Below are positions 1 through 17,109 of a DNA stretch of 64,000 bases, one piece after another. Within the stretch, counting starts at the first letter, position 1. Each line of letters opens with the position of its first letter. The position numbers and the translations under genes are program-made. Source of the DNA: Macrostomum lignano. Lineage: Eukaryota. The notes beneath the pieces are model-generated. The model made no database searches. It was not told the DNA's origin and saw nothing but the letters and a program-made list of their open reading frames with translations. The stretch is from NCBI GenBank assembly GCA_002269645.1, contig NIVC01001402.1, positions 124,001-188,000 on the forward strand, in the 5' to 3' direction.

Positions 1-792
1 TGCAGGTACAGAGAATGTACAGTACGTCTTCAGCTTTGAGTTTCAAACTGAAAAAAAGGAAGTAGAAAATCGCAGGTGGAACAAAAAATGCATGGCCTGC
101 GTGTATTATGCAGGGAGTGCATGGGCGCATGGGAAGCAGCACCATTCGAATATAATTGGCTCGTATCAGCTTGTCTGCAGGAACTTGCAGCTGCACCGAA
201 TCCAACCTGTCGCAACGCATTTTCAATCGAGGAATCAAATCCCTTTAGGTACAGCCAAAAAAGCATTGAGAATTCCTTATTTCCTGTTTAGCATAGAAAT
301 TGTGAGAACTGCATGCGTGGCAAAATCCAACATTGAATTCGATGAATTTTGCCAACGCCCAGCTCCACGGCAGGATTCCACTGTAAATCATGAGGCCAGT
401 GCCCACAAAGAAGGGCAGGAGGTCTTAACCAGCAGGCAGCTGCTCAATTCAAAAAGTCTTTCCCGCGACCAATTCTTATAAAAAATTGATGCTTAAAAAG
501 ACTGCGTGACTTGGTGCGGTCTGCATTGCAGATGCGGCAGTTTTGTAAGAATCGCACAGAGGGACGCAACTGCGTTCCAATGCGGGACCCTCCCAACACT
601 TACAGTATATATGAGACCGAGCTGGTTGGAATCTTGGCCTAACCTGTCTCGACTCTGCCCTGAGAGAGAATGGTAAGTTTTTGGGTCACTTTGCCATGGC
701 CGAATTTTCACTCTGTCTCGGGCCAGTCTACCCAGGTTCGAGTCCGTGAAACCAATTTCGGGTTGTCAGTCGGAACGCCGACGGTCATTTAA

Positions 793-5918
<5,126 letters not shown>

Positions 5919-5944
5919 TCCTTGTGCTCTTTTACCTTGGGGTT

Positions 5945-6007
5945 GCGATAGGGGCCTCGCGGCCTATTCGCGGCGCCTGCGCCCCCCGTCAGTAGTAAGT
6001 AAGTAAG
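5945..6007 (+). other. LINE 3'UTR stem-loop and (TAAG)3 tail
   Basis: GCGATAGG(GG)CC-TCGC-GGCCTATTCGC at 5945-5971 pairs into a bulged hairpin; TAAGTAAGTAAG at 5996-6007. Confidence 0.6.
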
Positions 6008-6019
6008 TTCCCTTCTCCG
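6008..6019 (+). repeat. Right target-site duplication TTCCCTTCTCCG
   Basis: Matches 1189-1200. Confidence 0.9.
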
Positions 6020-7149
6020 TGAGGCTCAGCATGCTGGTGAGCTGCTGGTTCGACTTCCTGCTCACGGCTGGCAAGTCTGTCACGCACCACCTGGCACCGA
6101 GCGTGATGGGCCACATATTGGGAGTTGAAGACTACCGTCGGCAGACCAGCATCGAAGTCTGCATTGTGTACTATCTTTTCACCATCTGGCTGCTGCACGG
6201 CAGCCCCTTCATCCGGCTGGGACTCTGCTTTCACTCCCTGTGCGCGACTCTGGCGCCGCTGAAGAGCGGCAATCTGCTGCGCAAGAGGAACGTCATTCTG
6301 TACCAGCTGCTGCTCATCGCGCTGGGTCTTCTACCCTGCGCCAAAGTCTTCAGCGCCGCTTGGAATTTCGAAAGAAACCGTTGCTACTTTCAAAAAGATT
6401 CGATCGACCAGTTCTACAGGACGTACACATTCTTCATTGGCAGGGTGGCGGTGTTCCTTCTGCTGCTCCTCACGCTAGCGGTCATTGTGGTTCATCTCAA
6501 CCGGAATGGGAAAGATCTCGGAGCCAATCGCCCGGACCAGACAGTGACGGTGTCCAAGATATTCATAACAACCAGTCTGATCTTCTTCATTTGCGAGGCT
6601 CCGTACACTATTCTGAGCTATCTGGAAAGCAGTGACAGCGTTCTGATCATTACGGACAATGCCGAAAAGCAGGCCAAAATTCTGCTGAACGCTCTAATGT
6701 ACTTCAATCCGGCACTCAACTGGGTTCCCTATTTGATTGGGAGAAAGTTTAGAAGGTTCTACAGGAACAATTTTCTGAGCAGAAAGCTCTTCAACAAGTC
6801 GAAGCCCAGCCCGACCAGCCAGTCGATGCCGAGTACCAATCTGAAGGTTTGAGCAGTGGTGACGTGGAAACTGCAGATTAATTTGGAATCTGCAGTGCTC
6901 TACTTTACAGAACTGACATTCATTGCTGTTGGTGACAAAGTTCAAATGTTAGCTGAGCTGCAGTTTCGATTTGAAACTTGCTGGTAATCCATCCTAACCC
7001 TATAAAATCGCCTAAACATGGCGGATAGGGTGATATAAATTGCCTCTGCAGTCTAATTTTTGCTCTACAGCTGTCTATTGATTGGATTTTCGTTTCTTTC
7101 TTTGTCCACCATCCTCACAGCTGCTACAGGCAGCGAGGTGGAGGAGCGC

Positions 7150-8640
7150 TCAGAGGCGCCCCAGTCTGCGCAGAAGGGCGAGGACCTGCTCCGGATGTTT
7201 TAGGGCCTCGTCCCAGTTGGCATAGCGAACGCGGATACCGTCGCCGCGCGGGCACTCGAAAAGAATGTGATCTTCTGTGTCGAGCTTGCCGCAGTCGCGG
7301 CAGAGCGGATCGACAGTGAGGCCCAGACGGTGGCGGGCGGAATTAGCCAGCATTGAGCATCCCGCCCTGAGCTGGTTGATGGCGACTGTCTAGGTGCGGC
7401 TGAGGTGCAGGGGGGTGGTGTGCCAGCATGGCACCAGCATGCCAGCACCTCGAGGTCTAGGGCGGTTCTCGCACGGCGAAGGGCCGCCTTAGCAGCATGC
7501 AATGAGATAGGCCTGTCCTGCTGACGTTCCAGACGTGCGCGATTGGCGCGGCGGTCGGCCATCTCGTTTCCCGGGATGTCGCAGTGCGCCGGGACCCATA
7601 CAAACTCGCAGCTGTGTTGAATGGCGCGCGGCGCGCTCAAGGATCACGTGACCAAATGGCGGTAGGTTCGCCGCAGCTAGGAGTTTCGTAGTGCGGGTGA
7701 GCTGCGGGCATCCGGTGATAATGCGCGCACAGACATTCTGCTGCTGTTCAATCAACAATTTGGTACTCGGCGCGGCGCTCGCTCCCCCGATGCCGCAGCC
7801 ATAGTCGGCGACGGCTCGGATGGTAGCCAGGTAGGCAGTGCGAAGGACCTTCTGGGAGGCGCCGGTCTTCCTGCTCGCGAGGCTAGCCAGGGCTCGTCGG
7901 CGTTGGCTCATGCGCTTACGGAAATCAGCAGCGTGGGTCGTGAAATTGAGTTGCCCGTCAAGAACCAGGCCAAGGAACCTGGGATTCGGGTCGAAATTGA
8001 GAGGCTCATTGCCGAGCTTGAGCGGGACCCGGACCTTCCCGTTGACCTCCTTCGGAGCGAGGGTGAAAGTACAGTAGCAGCACCTGTGGATACTTAATTC
8101 GATCTTCCAGCGGGAGCACCAGGTGGTCACGGCATCCAGGGCTGGTTGAAGGACCTCCGCACACTTGGGCAGGGATGGTTGTGGGAACACAAGCGCCGAA
8201 TCGTCCGCGTAAAGGCTCAACCCGCAGCTGGGAAGATGCTTCAGTAGCGTCTGTGGCAAGATCGTTGACGAAAATTGTCCAGAGGGTCGGGGCCAGCACC
8301 GACCCTTGTGGCAGACCCTCGCGGAAGGTGCGTTGGCTGCTGAGGGTGCCGTTTCAGCACACCGTGGCTCTGTGGTCTTCAAGGAATGCGGCTGTCCAGC
8401 TGGTCGTGTGGGCGTCGAAGCCGAGCTGGACCATCTTGAAAGTCAGGGCCTCTTTCCAGACGATTTCATACGCGCTTTTGAAATCCTGGCAGCTGAGGAT
8501 GCTCCGGAAGGCCGGGGAGCGTTCTAGGCCGTCAAAAATGTCTTGTCAGACACGCGCCAGTTGTTCATCCGTGCTTCGTCCGCGGCGGAACCCAGCTTGG
8601 GCCGGCGAGAGCAGGCCCTTGGATTCAAGTTGGAATTTCG
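7150..8640 (-). mobile_element. 5'-truncated, decayed non-LTR retrotransposon (RT C-terminal half, partial RNase H, zinc knuckle)
   Basis: Minus-strand translations: LLSPAQAGFRRG, DFKSAY, GLPQGSVLAPTLW, LYADD, PRFLGL, VWVPAHCDIPGNEMAD, CRDCGKLDTEDHILFEC. These are spread over several frames with in-frame stops. Ends are approximate and no TSD was found. Confidence 0.9.
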
Positions 8641-10472
8641 TGCTTCTTCTGCTGCCCTTCCGGACTTTTCACTGTTTCTGGTGAATACTGCTGCTGTGTC
8701 TGGTGAATATTGGTGAAAAATCATATCGCAGGTAAATTATTTTCCACGCCGACACACCTGAGACCCAGAGAGATTTCCAGCTTTTACCTGGCCAGCTATC
8801 GCTGAAGCACATTAATGTTATCTACAGCGTATCTGTTGAGTTAAACTGATTTGCAATGAACCGTTGAATCGGTTAGCTTGGATTGAGAATTTAGCATTAC
8901 GAGCGAGCTTTTATCTGAGTACTTGCTTAGACCGACGTCCTCAGCTCTAAGCTGACTGCCGCCGCAGATGTCAGATCTGGTGCTAAACACAGGAGATTTG
9001 AAAACTCACGTTGATGAAGCTCACTCGTTCATTGTACTAACACAAGTACCTTGGAAATGGTATTAACCTTTCGTCAATTTAATTTTGCAGTTGGGAAAAG
9101 CATCAAAATGGCTGTACTTGGCGGATCTAATGTCCTTGGAGGACGCAAGGCAAGCTGCTTAACGATTCAATGAGTTCCTAGCGGCAATCAGTATCCATCA
9201 AATTCCAATTGTCTCCTACAGGAGGAAGGCTGGTACAAAGCTCTCGGTTTGGGAGCGAAATAAAGGGCACCGGTTTTCATTAACAAACCAGTCAAAAAGG
9301 AGTCCATGCATCCTTCAGTTTCTCCCAGTCAATCGGAATTGGCCTTCTCTGCATCTCTATCACATGAGGTACATGTGCACATTCTGATACCAAGGGGTGG
9401 GAGCTATTGTAAATAATTTTCTCTCTTGGGTCTGAGAAACTCACGCGCACATTGCGGGTTTGGACTGTGCATCTTTTGGAAGCAATTCTCGGCCCTGAGC
9501 AGCTTTAAGAAGTCTCAGAGAGTGTACTAGCAGAATGGACGGCGCTCGCCCCCCCCCCTCTTCGGATCGCCCTGCAGGGAGTGTACTCAAAATTTGTACT
9601 AGTGTACTCTACTAGAGATGAGCGTGAAATATATACAGACACTGCAGTTTCAAATGTTCGTCAAAATAAATGCCTTTGTGCTCTCTACACTCGATGAAAC
9701 TGAATTCGTGGGGTTTTGCTTTCTTTTGAGTCGAAATTATTTTGTCAAAGTTATGAGAAGCAACGAGACCTGGGAAGTTCTACAGAAAAATGCTCCGGCT
9801 CAGTTCAGAGCATCGTCATGTACATTGTTGATGTACTTTGGGTGAAACTAATCAGATGCATTAATTTCAGAGGCAGAGAGGCGGAGACAAAAAAGACAGA
9901 GGCAGGGGGCCGATTGGTTTTTTAAAACTTCCGGGCAGAAGCTCATTTTGTGAGCACTGGCTGGCTGATTGCCTTTGCAGATTCTAAAGTCTCCTTACAG
10001 AACTACTTGACAAAACGGGTCTAATCGGTGGATAAGACAGACTTCAGCAGTTAATTCCGCCTGAAAAACTACTCTGTGACTCCTTTCAGCGTTTTAGTAG
10101 CCGTAAGTAGTTAGCAGAAGCAGACCAAAAAACAGACCGGCAGCAGACCAAAGCCAGTCACTTTCAGGTGGAAGTGCATCCGGGTCCTCTCCGCTTCCCT
10201 AGCCAGTTCCCAGGAGTTAGCGCGGAAAAATAGGGGAGAAGGCAATCACATAGTACATAGGATCAAAGGAACACTCTCCCAGCCATATAGTGCGCAAAAA
10301 TTGTACAACGTCGTCCAACTGCATCCTCTGCTTTTGCATAAATTTTCGAACTGAAGTTTTCTCTAGGTTAACCCTGGCTCTCCGTTCAGTATTTATTCCT
10401 TGCAGACTGAAGTCACAGGGAAATCTGACTCTTCTCGTTGCTTAAATTCAGTTTCACAGCTCCGCGAACTGC

Positions 10473-13400
10473 ATGGACCAGCCACATGAAGATGCGTTGT
10501 CAGCAGCCAGCGACAAAGAAAATCCGAGGCTGCTGCACGTTGCCGCCCGAACGGGCCATGTGGAAGAGGCCAACCGGCTGATCGAGGCCGGGGCCAGGGT
10601 GAACCGGCGCAGCAGCTCCGGGATCACTCCGCTGTTTGCAGCCTGCCAGAACGGTCACCTTCGGCTGGTCAAGCTGTTGCTAAAAGTCCGGGCGGATTTG
10701 GACCTGCGACAGACAGCTATTGGGTCTTCGCCGCTGTACGTGGCCGCGCAGAATGGTCACTTTGAAGTGGTCGAGAAACTGATTTCTTCGGGCGCAGATG
10801 TTGATCTCCGAAGGAGGAGTGGCACCACTCCGCTTCTGATCGCCTGCGTGAACGGCCACTTAAAAGTTGTTCAAGCGCTGATTTCTGCAACGGCAGACAT
10901 CGCCCTGACCAGAAACGAGGACGAGACTCCACTGTTTGCTGCGGCCGACAAAGGGCGCGAGCCGGTAGTTCGAGAGCTCATCAAATCTGGCGTTGATGTA
11001 GATTTTCAACGCCGAACTGGAGAAACGGCACTTTCTATTGCCGCTGCCAACGGTCACGTGGATGTCGTGAAGACACTCGCTGCTTCTGGAGCCTCAGTAG
11101 ACCTCCAGACGATCTCCGGGGAGTCGCCGTTGTTCACTGCAGCGCTGAACGGTCATGTGAAAACAGTGGACTGTTTAATCAAGGCCGGTGCCGATGTCAA
11201 CCTTCAGAATCGGGACGGGTGGACGCCGATATTTGCTGCGACCGTGACCTCGCGACCAGCTGTAGTTGAGCTACTGATAGCCAGGGGCGCCAATGTTGAT
11301 GTGAAGACAGACTCAACAATCACTCTAATTCAAATCGCTCATCTGATTGGTTGCACTCAAACAGCTCAGCTACTGATGAGGCATGGATGTACGGAGGTCA
11401 AGGACACTTCAGCGACCAGCGGTTCCTTTGCGTTTTCTAATCATCTAGGGGAGCCGCCGGATCCAATCAGGTGAGCACATACAAAGCTGCTAAATTTATC
11501 ACCAACCCGTTAATCAACAATTTTCTTTTCAATTAAAACAGCGTGAGTGCTGAGCTGAGCGGACGGCTTAGAGAGGCTGGGTTCGTCAGCAAAATGGCTG
11601 CTGTGCAGGCCACCGTGGCGGACATCATGCAGGAAATTGAGCAGAAAAGAATGAAAAAGAGCGAAATATTTTTTGTCGGCAGCTTCTCTGAAGGTTGGGG
11701 CAACAGCCTGCGCCAGCTTGGAGGCAGAACTGACGCGGACTCCGACATTGACGTGACAGAGTTTGTCCCTGGCAGACTGTGCCACATTCAAGGCAGGTGC
11801 CAGTGCAGTGGCAAAGGACTTGAGCTGATACCCTATCGAAACGGCCATGTGATTTACTCTGGTTCAGGTAAAATCAGTTCTATTAACTGCTATTCAGTTC
11901 CCGAATCGATCATTTTTAAAGGAAAAGTTCTTGAATCCCATCCCCTCTCGTACATTGCAATTCCAGGTGACAACCCGGCCATGCAGATGAAAGGGTCATT
12001 CTTGATGCCGGCATTCGATCTTGTTAGTGCATTCCAGTGCTGCAGCTACCCGTACATTGAAGCCATTGAAGGAAGTGCAACTGCTCAGCAATCGGCAGAT
12101 GCCAATCCTGCGGATCTACATGTCGGTAGCCAGCCAAAGAGGCCTGACCAGCAGAACAGTTCTTTACCCCCAAAACTGCGGGAGTCACTCAGGCAGCAGC
12201 TGCGCAATTCCTGCTGTCACTTAGTGACCACCGCACCTCCCGGTGAGTCTGGTAGGCAGCTCAGAGTGAGCACTACTTTCTTGGAGCGGCATCTCATGCG
12301 CAGCCTGACTGACACACAAGGTCAACTATTCATTGTGCTCAAGTATCTAATCAAAAAAGTGATTGCGCAAAACGTTAAGGGATTGAAGACGTACCATGCC
12401 AAATGCCTGCTGTTTTACATGCTGGAATCTGAGCCAGAGACGGAGTGGCGACCCGAAAACTTGGTCTTGCTGATTGAAAAGTCACTGCGGCGACTGGTGC
12501 GTGAGCTGAGTGAGTCGGAAGGACCCGGCTGCATGCGGCACTTCTTCCTGCGGGATGCAGTTGTGTACCTGAAGACTGGGAGTAGCAGCAAGCCCGACAT
12601 CGCGGTGGAGGTGGAAAGGACAATTAGCGACTTGATGAAGCACTTGTGCCGCTTTGTGGATCAGCTGAGACCTCTAGATGAGCAGAGGTTCTACATGCAT
12701 CCCTTCCTTAATATTCCATACCCCTGGTACAAATTCGAACCCAAGTCTGCGCAGTATGAATACTATGAACTCTACGATGCCATCCATAACATTGTGATGC
12801 AGATTTCGGGTTCTAGCGGAAGCTGCAGCCTGAAAGCTGTGCTCAACTGCATCGGAAGAGTTCCGGACTGCGCTCTAACAGCCAGAGAAACGCTCAGAGC
12901 ACTGGCCTGTTTGCTTTTTGAAAGGCATGCGGAAGCGAAAGCAGCATTGCAGTCAATGGTGAATCATCACGTAAGCCGCGGTGTTGACCTCAGCAGGCTT
13001 CAGCCGCAAATTCGGGAAACCGCGACTCAAATCGAAGCGGAAAAATTCGCGCAGAAGGTGCTTTGGCAGCAGCTCAAAGGAACCGATTCGGCCTGGAAGT
13101 TTTTCTTCCACCACCACCAGAGACCAGTGATCTACTCAAAGAAAGGGTTCCTCAGCGCCACCTTTCCTGTCGAGATGAACAACTACAACATGTTCCATTT
13201 TGTTAATTTTGACGCTCTTAGAAAGTGTCTCACGTTGGAGCTGAACGGCTCGAGTTCGAATCCGATGCTGGCGCAGAAGTGGTTCGACGATGTGACGGCC
13301 AGCAAGGATGCTGACGTACAGGAGCTGGCAATGGTGCTAAACTACTGCTCAGATCGCAAGCAGCTGGTGAAACTGATCCAGGCACATCACCGAACCATTT

Positions 13401-13504
13401 CGGAGCACCGACTGACACGGGACAAACTGGTACAGCTGATTTCCTCATCGGTGAGTCTGCGTGTTTACGAGCCAAAATATCCAGTGCTGTCCGCTAGGGG
13501 GTGA
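10473..13504 (+). CDS. Ankyrin-repeat (x9) plus Mab-21/cGAS-like nucleotidyltransferase fusion (cGLR-like), about 986 aa; exons 10473-11470 and 11542-13504
   Basis: Exon 1 has 9 ANK repeats (TPLxxAxxNGHxxVVxxLLxxGAxVD). The 71-nt intron AG|GTGAGC...TTTTCTTTTCAATTAAAACAG|C is phase 2 at both ends and joins the two ORFs in frame. Exon 2 has FVGSFSEG...SDIDV, FDLV, STTFLERHLM, LKYLIKK, LKTYHAKCLLF, HFF. A further donor (GTGAGT, 13451) could add a 3' exon. Confidence 0.88.
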
Positions 13505-14585
13505 GCCCTGGAGATGTGAAAAGCGAGACCACCCGAAATGCAGCCCGTAACTCGTTCGGTACTTCAACAAAAAATCAATTTGGGATCACTTCAGCCACTT
13601 TTGAAACAAGATACGCTCGTGAAATCCTAACAGCCTGGGAATTTTCATCAGAGTTTCTGCACAATGGCAGGCGGGGTTGTGATATTGCAGTAATTGAGCC
13701 TAGAAGCAAGCAATTTAATCCTTATTGGGAGAATCAAGCCATTGAAGACTTGTTTTTCATTGTCTATGGCCCAAAAGTGGGTCTATGGAGCAACAAATTT
13801 AGGAATCCGGGTTCCAATAATCCTTTTCACAGTGCTCATATATCCTACACGAATAACTTCATTGAATTAACGTCTGCAAATAGATGGTATATCAAAAAAC
13901 GATAGACTAAAAAGACTAAAAACTTCGGGTAAAAGGCGCTGACTTTCTTCTGACTTGCTGGTTTTGTTAGTTTTTTATAATGGGCTCTATTTTTGGAGAC
14001 TTTGAAGATGATTTTCCCTTCACTACGTGAACTGTGTTATCTACTGCTATGATCTCTCTTCACAGCCTCACCTGCTGGAGCCCGCCCGACTTACTGAAGA
14101 CTCGGCGCCAATCAGCTGCTAAACTAAGGCTGACAAGGGGTAACAACGCCTTTAGAGTTGCAAGCCCTGGACTTGAAAGTATTCAATACTTTTCTGTTTG
14201 CTTACAGATTATCAGCTGCTAATGCTGAAAATACGACTCTAAACCAGTTTCTCGGTGAGACGAAACTGCGCCAATCGCTAAAATATTTCACACAAGAAAA
14301 CTCCCTTCGGGACAAGTTGCTCACTAAATGTATGCGATCACAAGGGCTTGGCATCTTTATCCATTTTTCTTGTTTAGACGTTTCGTTAATAGTAATTAGT
14401 ATAATGACATAAAGAATCAAATTTCACGGATATTTCCACCTGTTCAATGGTTCAGATGTTTTGAGAGCAGCGGCCACAGCGAGGCACTGAATTGCAAGGT
14501 CAGAAAACTTTTGTCAATAAAGCGTTAATTTTTCAGGTTAACTAAGTTTTGATGTTCATTTTTAAAGCTGGAGGAGAAGCTTCTC

Positions 14586-16256
14586 TCAGATGCAACAGCC
14601 GCCACTGGCCGAGCCAACCAGCTCGACCCGGACCCGGCCGCTCGCCTCCGTGTTATTTGAATCGGCGCTCACGACGTTCTTGGCCTCCGCCGAAGCGTAG
14701 CTGCCTCCGCTGCCGCCACCCAGCGCGGAATCTCCGCCGACTCCGCCGCCCGAGTAGCCGCCGCCTCCACCACCGCCTCCCGCCGGGACACCGGGGCCGC
14801 TCCCCCCGCCTCCGCCCCCGCCGCCGAAGCCGCCGAATCCACCGAAACTGCTGCCGGCGCCGCCGCCGGCGCCGCCGAGCCAGTCGCTGCCAATGGTGCC
14901 GCCTTCGCCGCCGTCGCCACCGCTAGACGTGTCGCCGCCGTGCCAGCCTTTGGAGAGGCAGCCGGCGCCGCCGCCGCCCCGACCGCCCCTGGAAATTCCG
15001 CTGGGAGGCGGCGCCGGAGCTCCTGCGCCATCGATGCCGCCATCGCCTCGGGCAGCGCCAGTTGCTTCGGCGGCGGCGGTTCCGTTGCGGGAGTCGGTCC
15101 CACCGACACCAGCTGATGGACTCCCAGAGGCACTTGCTCCGCCGCAGCCGCCGCCGCCTCCGGCAGCCAACAGCAACTGGCTGGTCTCAAGCGGGCCCTG
15201 CTCCATGACGAAGCTTCCGCCTCCGCCTCCGCCCCCGCCGAGGCCATCGGAAGCCGCGTCTGCTCCGCCGCTGCCCACGACAATGCTGATGTTGGCCCCG
15301 GCGTTGAGTTCGAAGCAGCCCGAAATAAAGGCGCCGCGGCCGCCGGGAAAGCCGAAGCCGCTGCGGCCGCCGCTGCCGCCCCAGGCGGAGATTCGGCAGC
15401 AGAGGTGGCCCAAGTCTGGGGGCGGACGGTGCAGCTTCGCAGCGCCGGTTCTGGACACCAGGGGGGCTGTGAAGGTTGCCATGGTTCTAGATTCAGCCAA
15501 TAGTTTTATTACTAGATGCGAACCTTTAGTACCGGTATAATTTAAACATCGAGCCTATTTTCATGTCTAGACGAGTAGCAATAATTATTCCAAAGGATAA
15601 TGCAGGGACAAGATTTAAGTATAGAGCATTCAAGAGCTTGGCTTGTTCATTCAGCATCAGTCTGGGTCGTACGCGAGACTTACTTGCATTCTTGACTGAA
15701 GGTCTAACCTAAATTTGCACTTCATTGAGTTCTCAAAGAATTTCTGCCCCGGGCTGAACAAAATCCCCTAAAAAGTTATCCTGCCCTAAAAGTGCAGCGC
15801 TGAGCTTCTGAACGCAGTCTCACCTCGCTCGTCAAACAAAACGGAGCCGTCAGTTGGGCGCGGCGGCTCAGGCTCTCCGGAGGACCTGCCGCAGGCGGCT
15901 TCACGCAGACGGGCTTCGCTGACGAAGGTCAGGCAGTCGGCAGCGGCTGGAGGGAACTCGCGCCACTCAACGTCCAAGTCGCAGGCGGTGCCGAGCGCGC
16001 ACTTGACTTGGCTGCTGGTGAGGTTGGCGCCGGCCTGGCGCAGCTGGAAGACAGCGCAGCGGGCCTTGGCCGCGCACTTGCGCGAGCAGGCCAGCAGGTC
16101 GGCCGTGCTGGGGGCAGCAGCGTCCGCAGCCGCCTTTGGCGGGTACCGACAGAGCCGCGGTCGCTGGGCGAACTGCCAGACAGCCGTGGGTGTCGGGCCG
16201 GCCGAGGCGGCCGCGAAGAAGAAGAGGCAGTGAAGCGGCAGTGGCAAGAGGAGCAT
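14586..16256 (-). CDS. Secreted protein: signal peptide, PAN/apple-like domain, ALK/LTK-type glycine-rich domain; exons 16256-15824 and about 15523 (or 15511)-14586
   Basis: Signal peptide MLLLPLPLHCLFFFAAASA; PAN-like cysteine spacing CSRKC..RCAVF..KCAL. The donor GTGAGA at 15823 is phase 1 and matches acceptors at 15524 or 15512. Gly-rich signature SAWGGSGG..GGRGAFISGCFEL..ISIVVG..GGGGGGSFV..LLAAGGGGG..GGGYSGG..GGSY. Confidence 0.7.
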
Positions 16257-17109
16257 CTCGAGCTGCTAGGTTCTGCACAGCGGACAGTGCAGCCTTTTAT
16301 CTCCCTGAGAGCCGTTTCCATTGGCAACACGTGGAAATGTTTGCTCAACCTGGCGTGGGAAACTGCCGACTCATGGTTCGAGGGTAGAAATCCCGGGAAG
16401 AATATGTGCTGCATTCGCCTTGAGTTTGTATTGCCAAGGTGAAAGTTTTCAAGAAACCGTCAGTCAGTCTTATTGCGTGGCCCTTCTCAGTAAAAGTGGT
16501 ACACAATGAATTTTCAAGTGCCCAATTAAACCTTCAAGAGCCCCCTAGAATGCATAGGGTGCGAGCGCTACTGAATGGTTACAAAACGAATCAATTCAGC
16601 AGCAGAAATCTGGAAAGTCTCAAACTCTCATGCTAAAAACTGTTTTTGAAAAACACCGAGCTCTGCATCCCTGCGCATTTACGAGCGTGTTGCATAATTA
16701 ACGAGGTCCCTAGGAGGCTTTACGATATTTTCGATTTGATTCAGCTTAATTTCTTAAGCAGCAACCCACTGTTTAATTATTTCTGAGCTGCTTTCTCTCA
16801 AAACCGCGACGACCGGCTGCTTTGCAGTCTCTGTAAATACGGAGTCTGGGAATCGATTCAGCATCGATTGGGCAGTCAATGCGCGGGTTTCACTGAATAC
16901 TTTTCATCGCTTAAACAGTTAAGACACTTAATAAGTAGGTAGTTAAACACTTTTAAGTAGGTAGTGACGCACAAGCAATTCTGCAGACCCGCTCCGACGC
17001 ACTCACAGCGCTGTGCACAGCTGCATATTTTTTCTACCAGCTCCTCATTGGCGTAAGTCACACAAGTCCTAAGCCAGCATCCCGAGCATGACCCGCAAGT
17101 TTATATGGG

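Noticed and set aside
9100-9620. Possible MITE or Helitron ends around the ankyrin-Mab21 gene
   Set aside because: Only fragmentary GC-rich and CTAG motifs; no matching terminal inverted repeats or TSD found, so there is no evidence the gene is TE-borne.
13501-13905. 134-aa ORF directly after the Mab-21 stop (possible effector or extra exon)
   Set aside because: It starts at GTG, has no recognisable motif and I found no convincing frame-matched acceptor. Unsupported without RNA data.
16876-17061. Cys-rich 61-aa minus-strand ORF, and a plus-strand 12-nt AG..GTAAGT microexon-like segment near 17040
   Set aside because: No domain match from memory and no partner exons identified.
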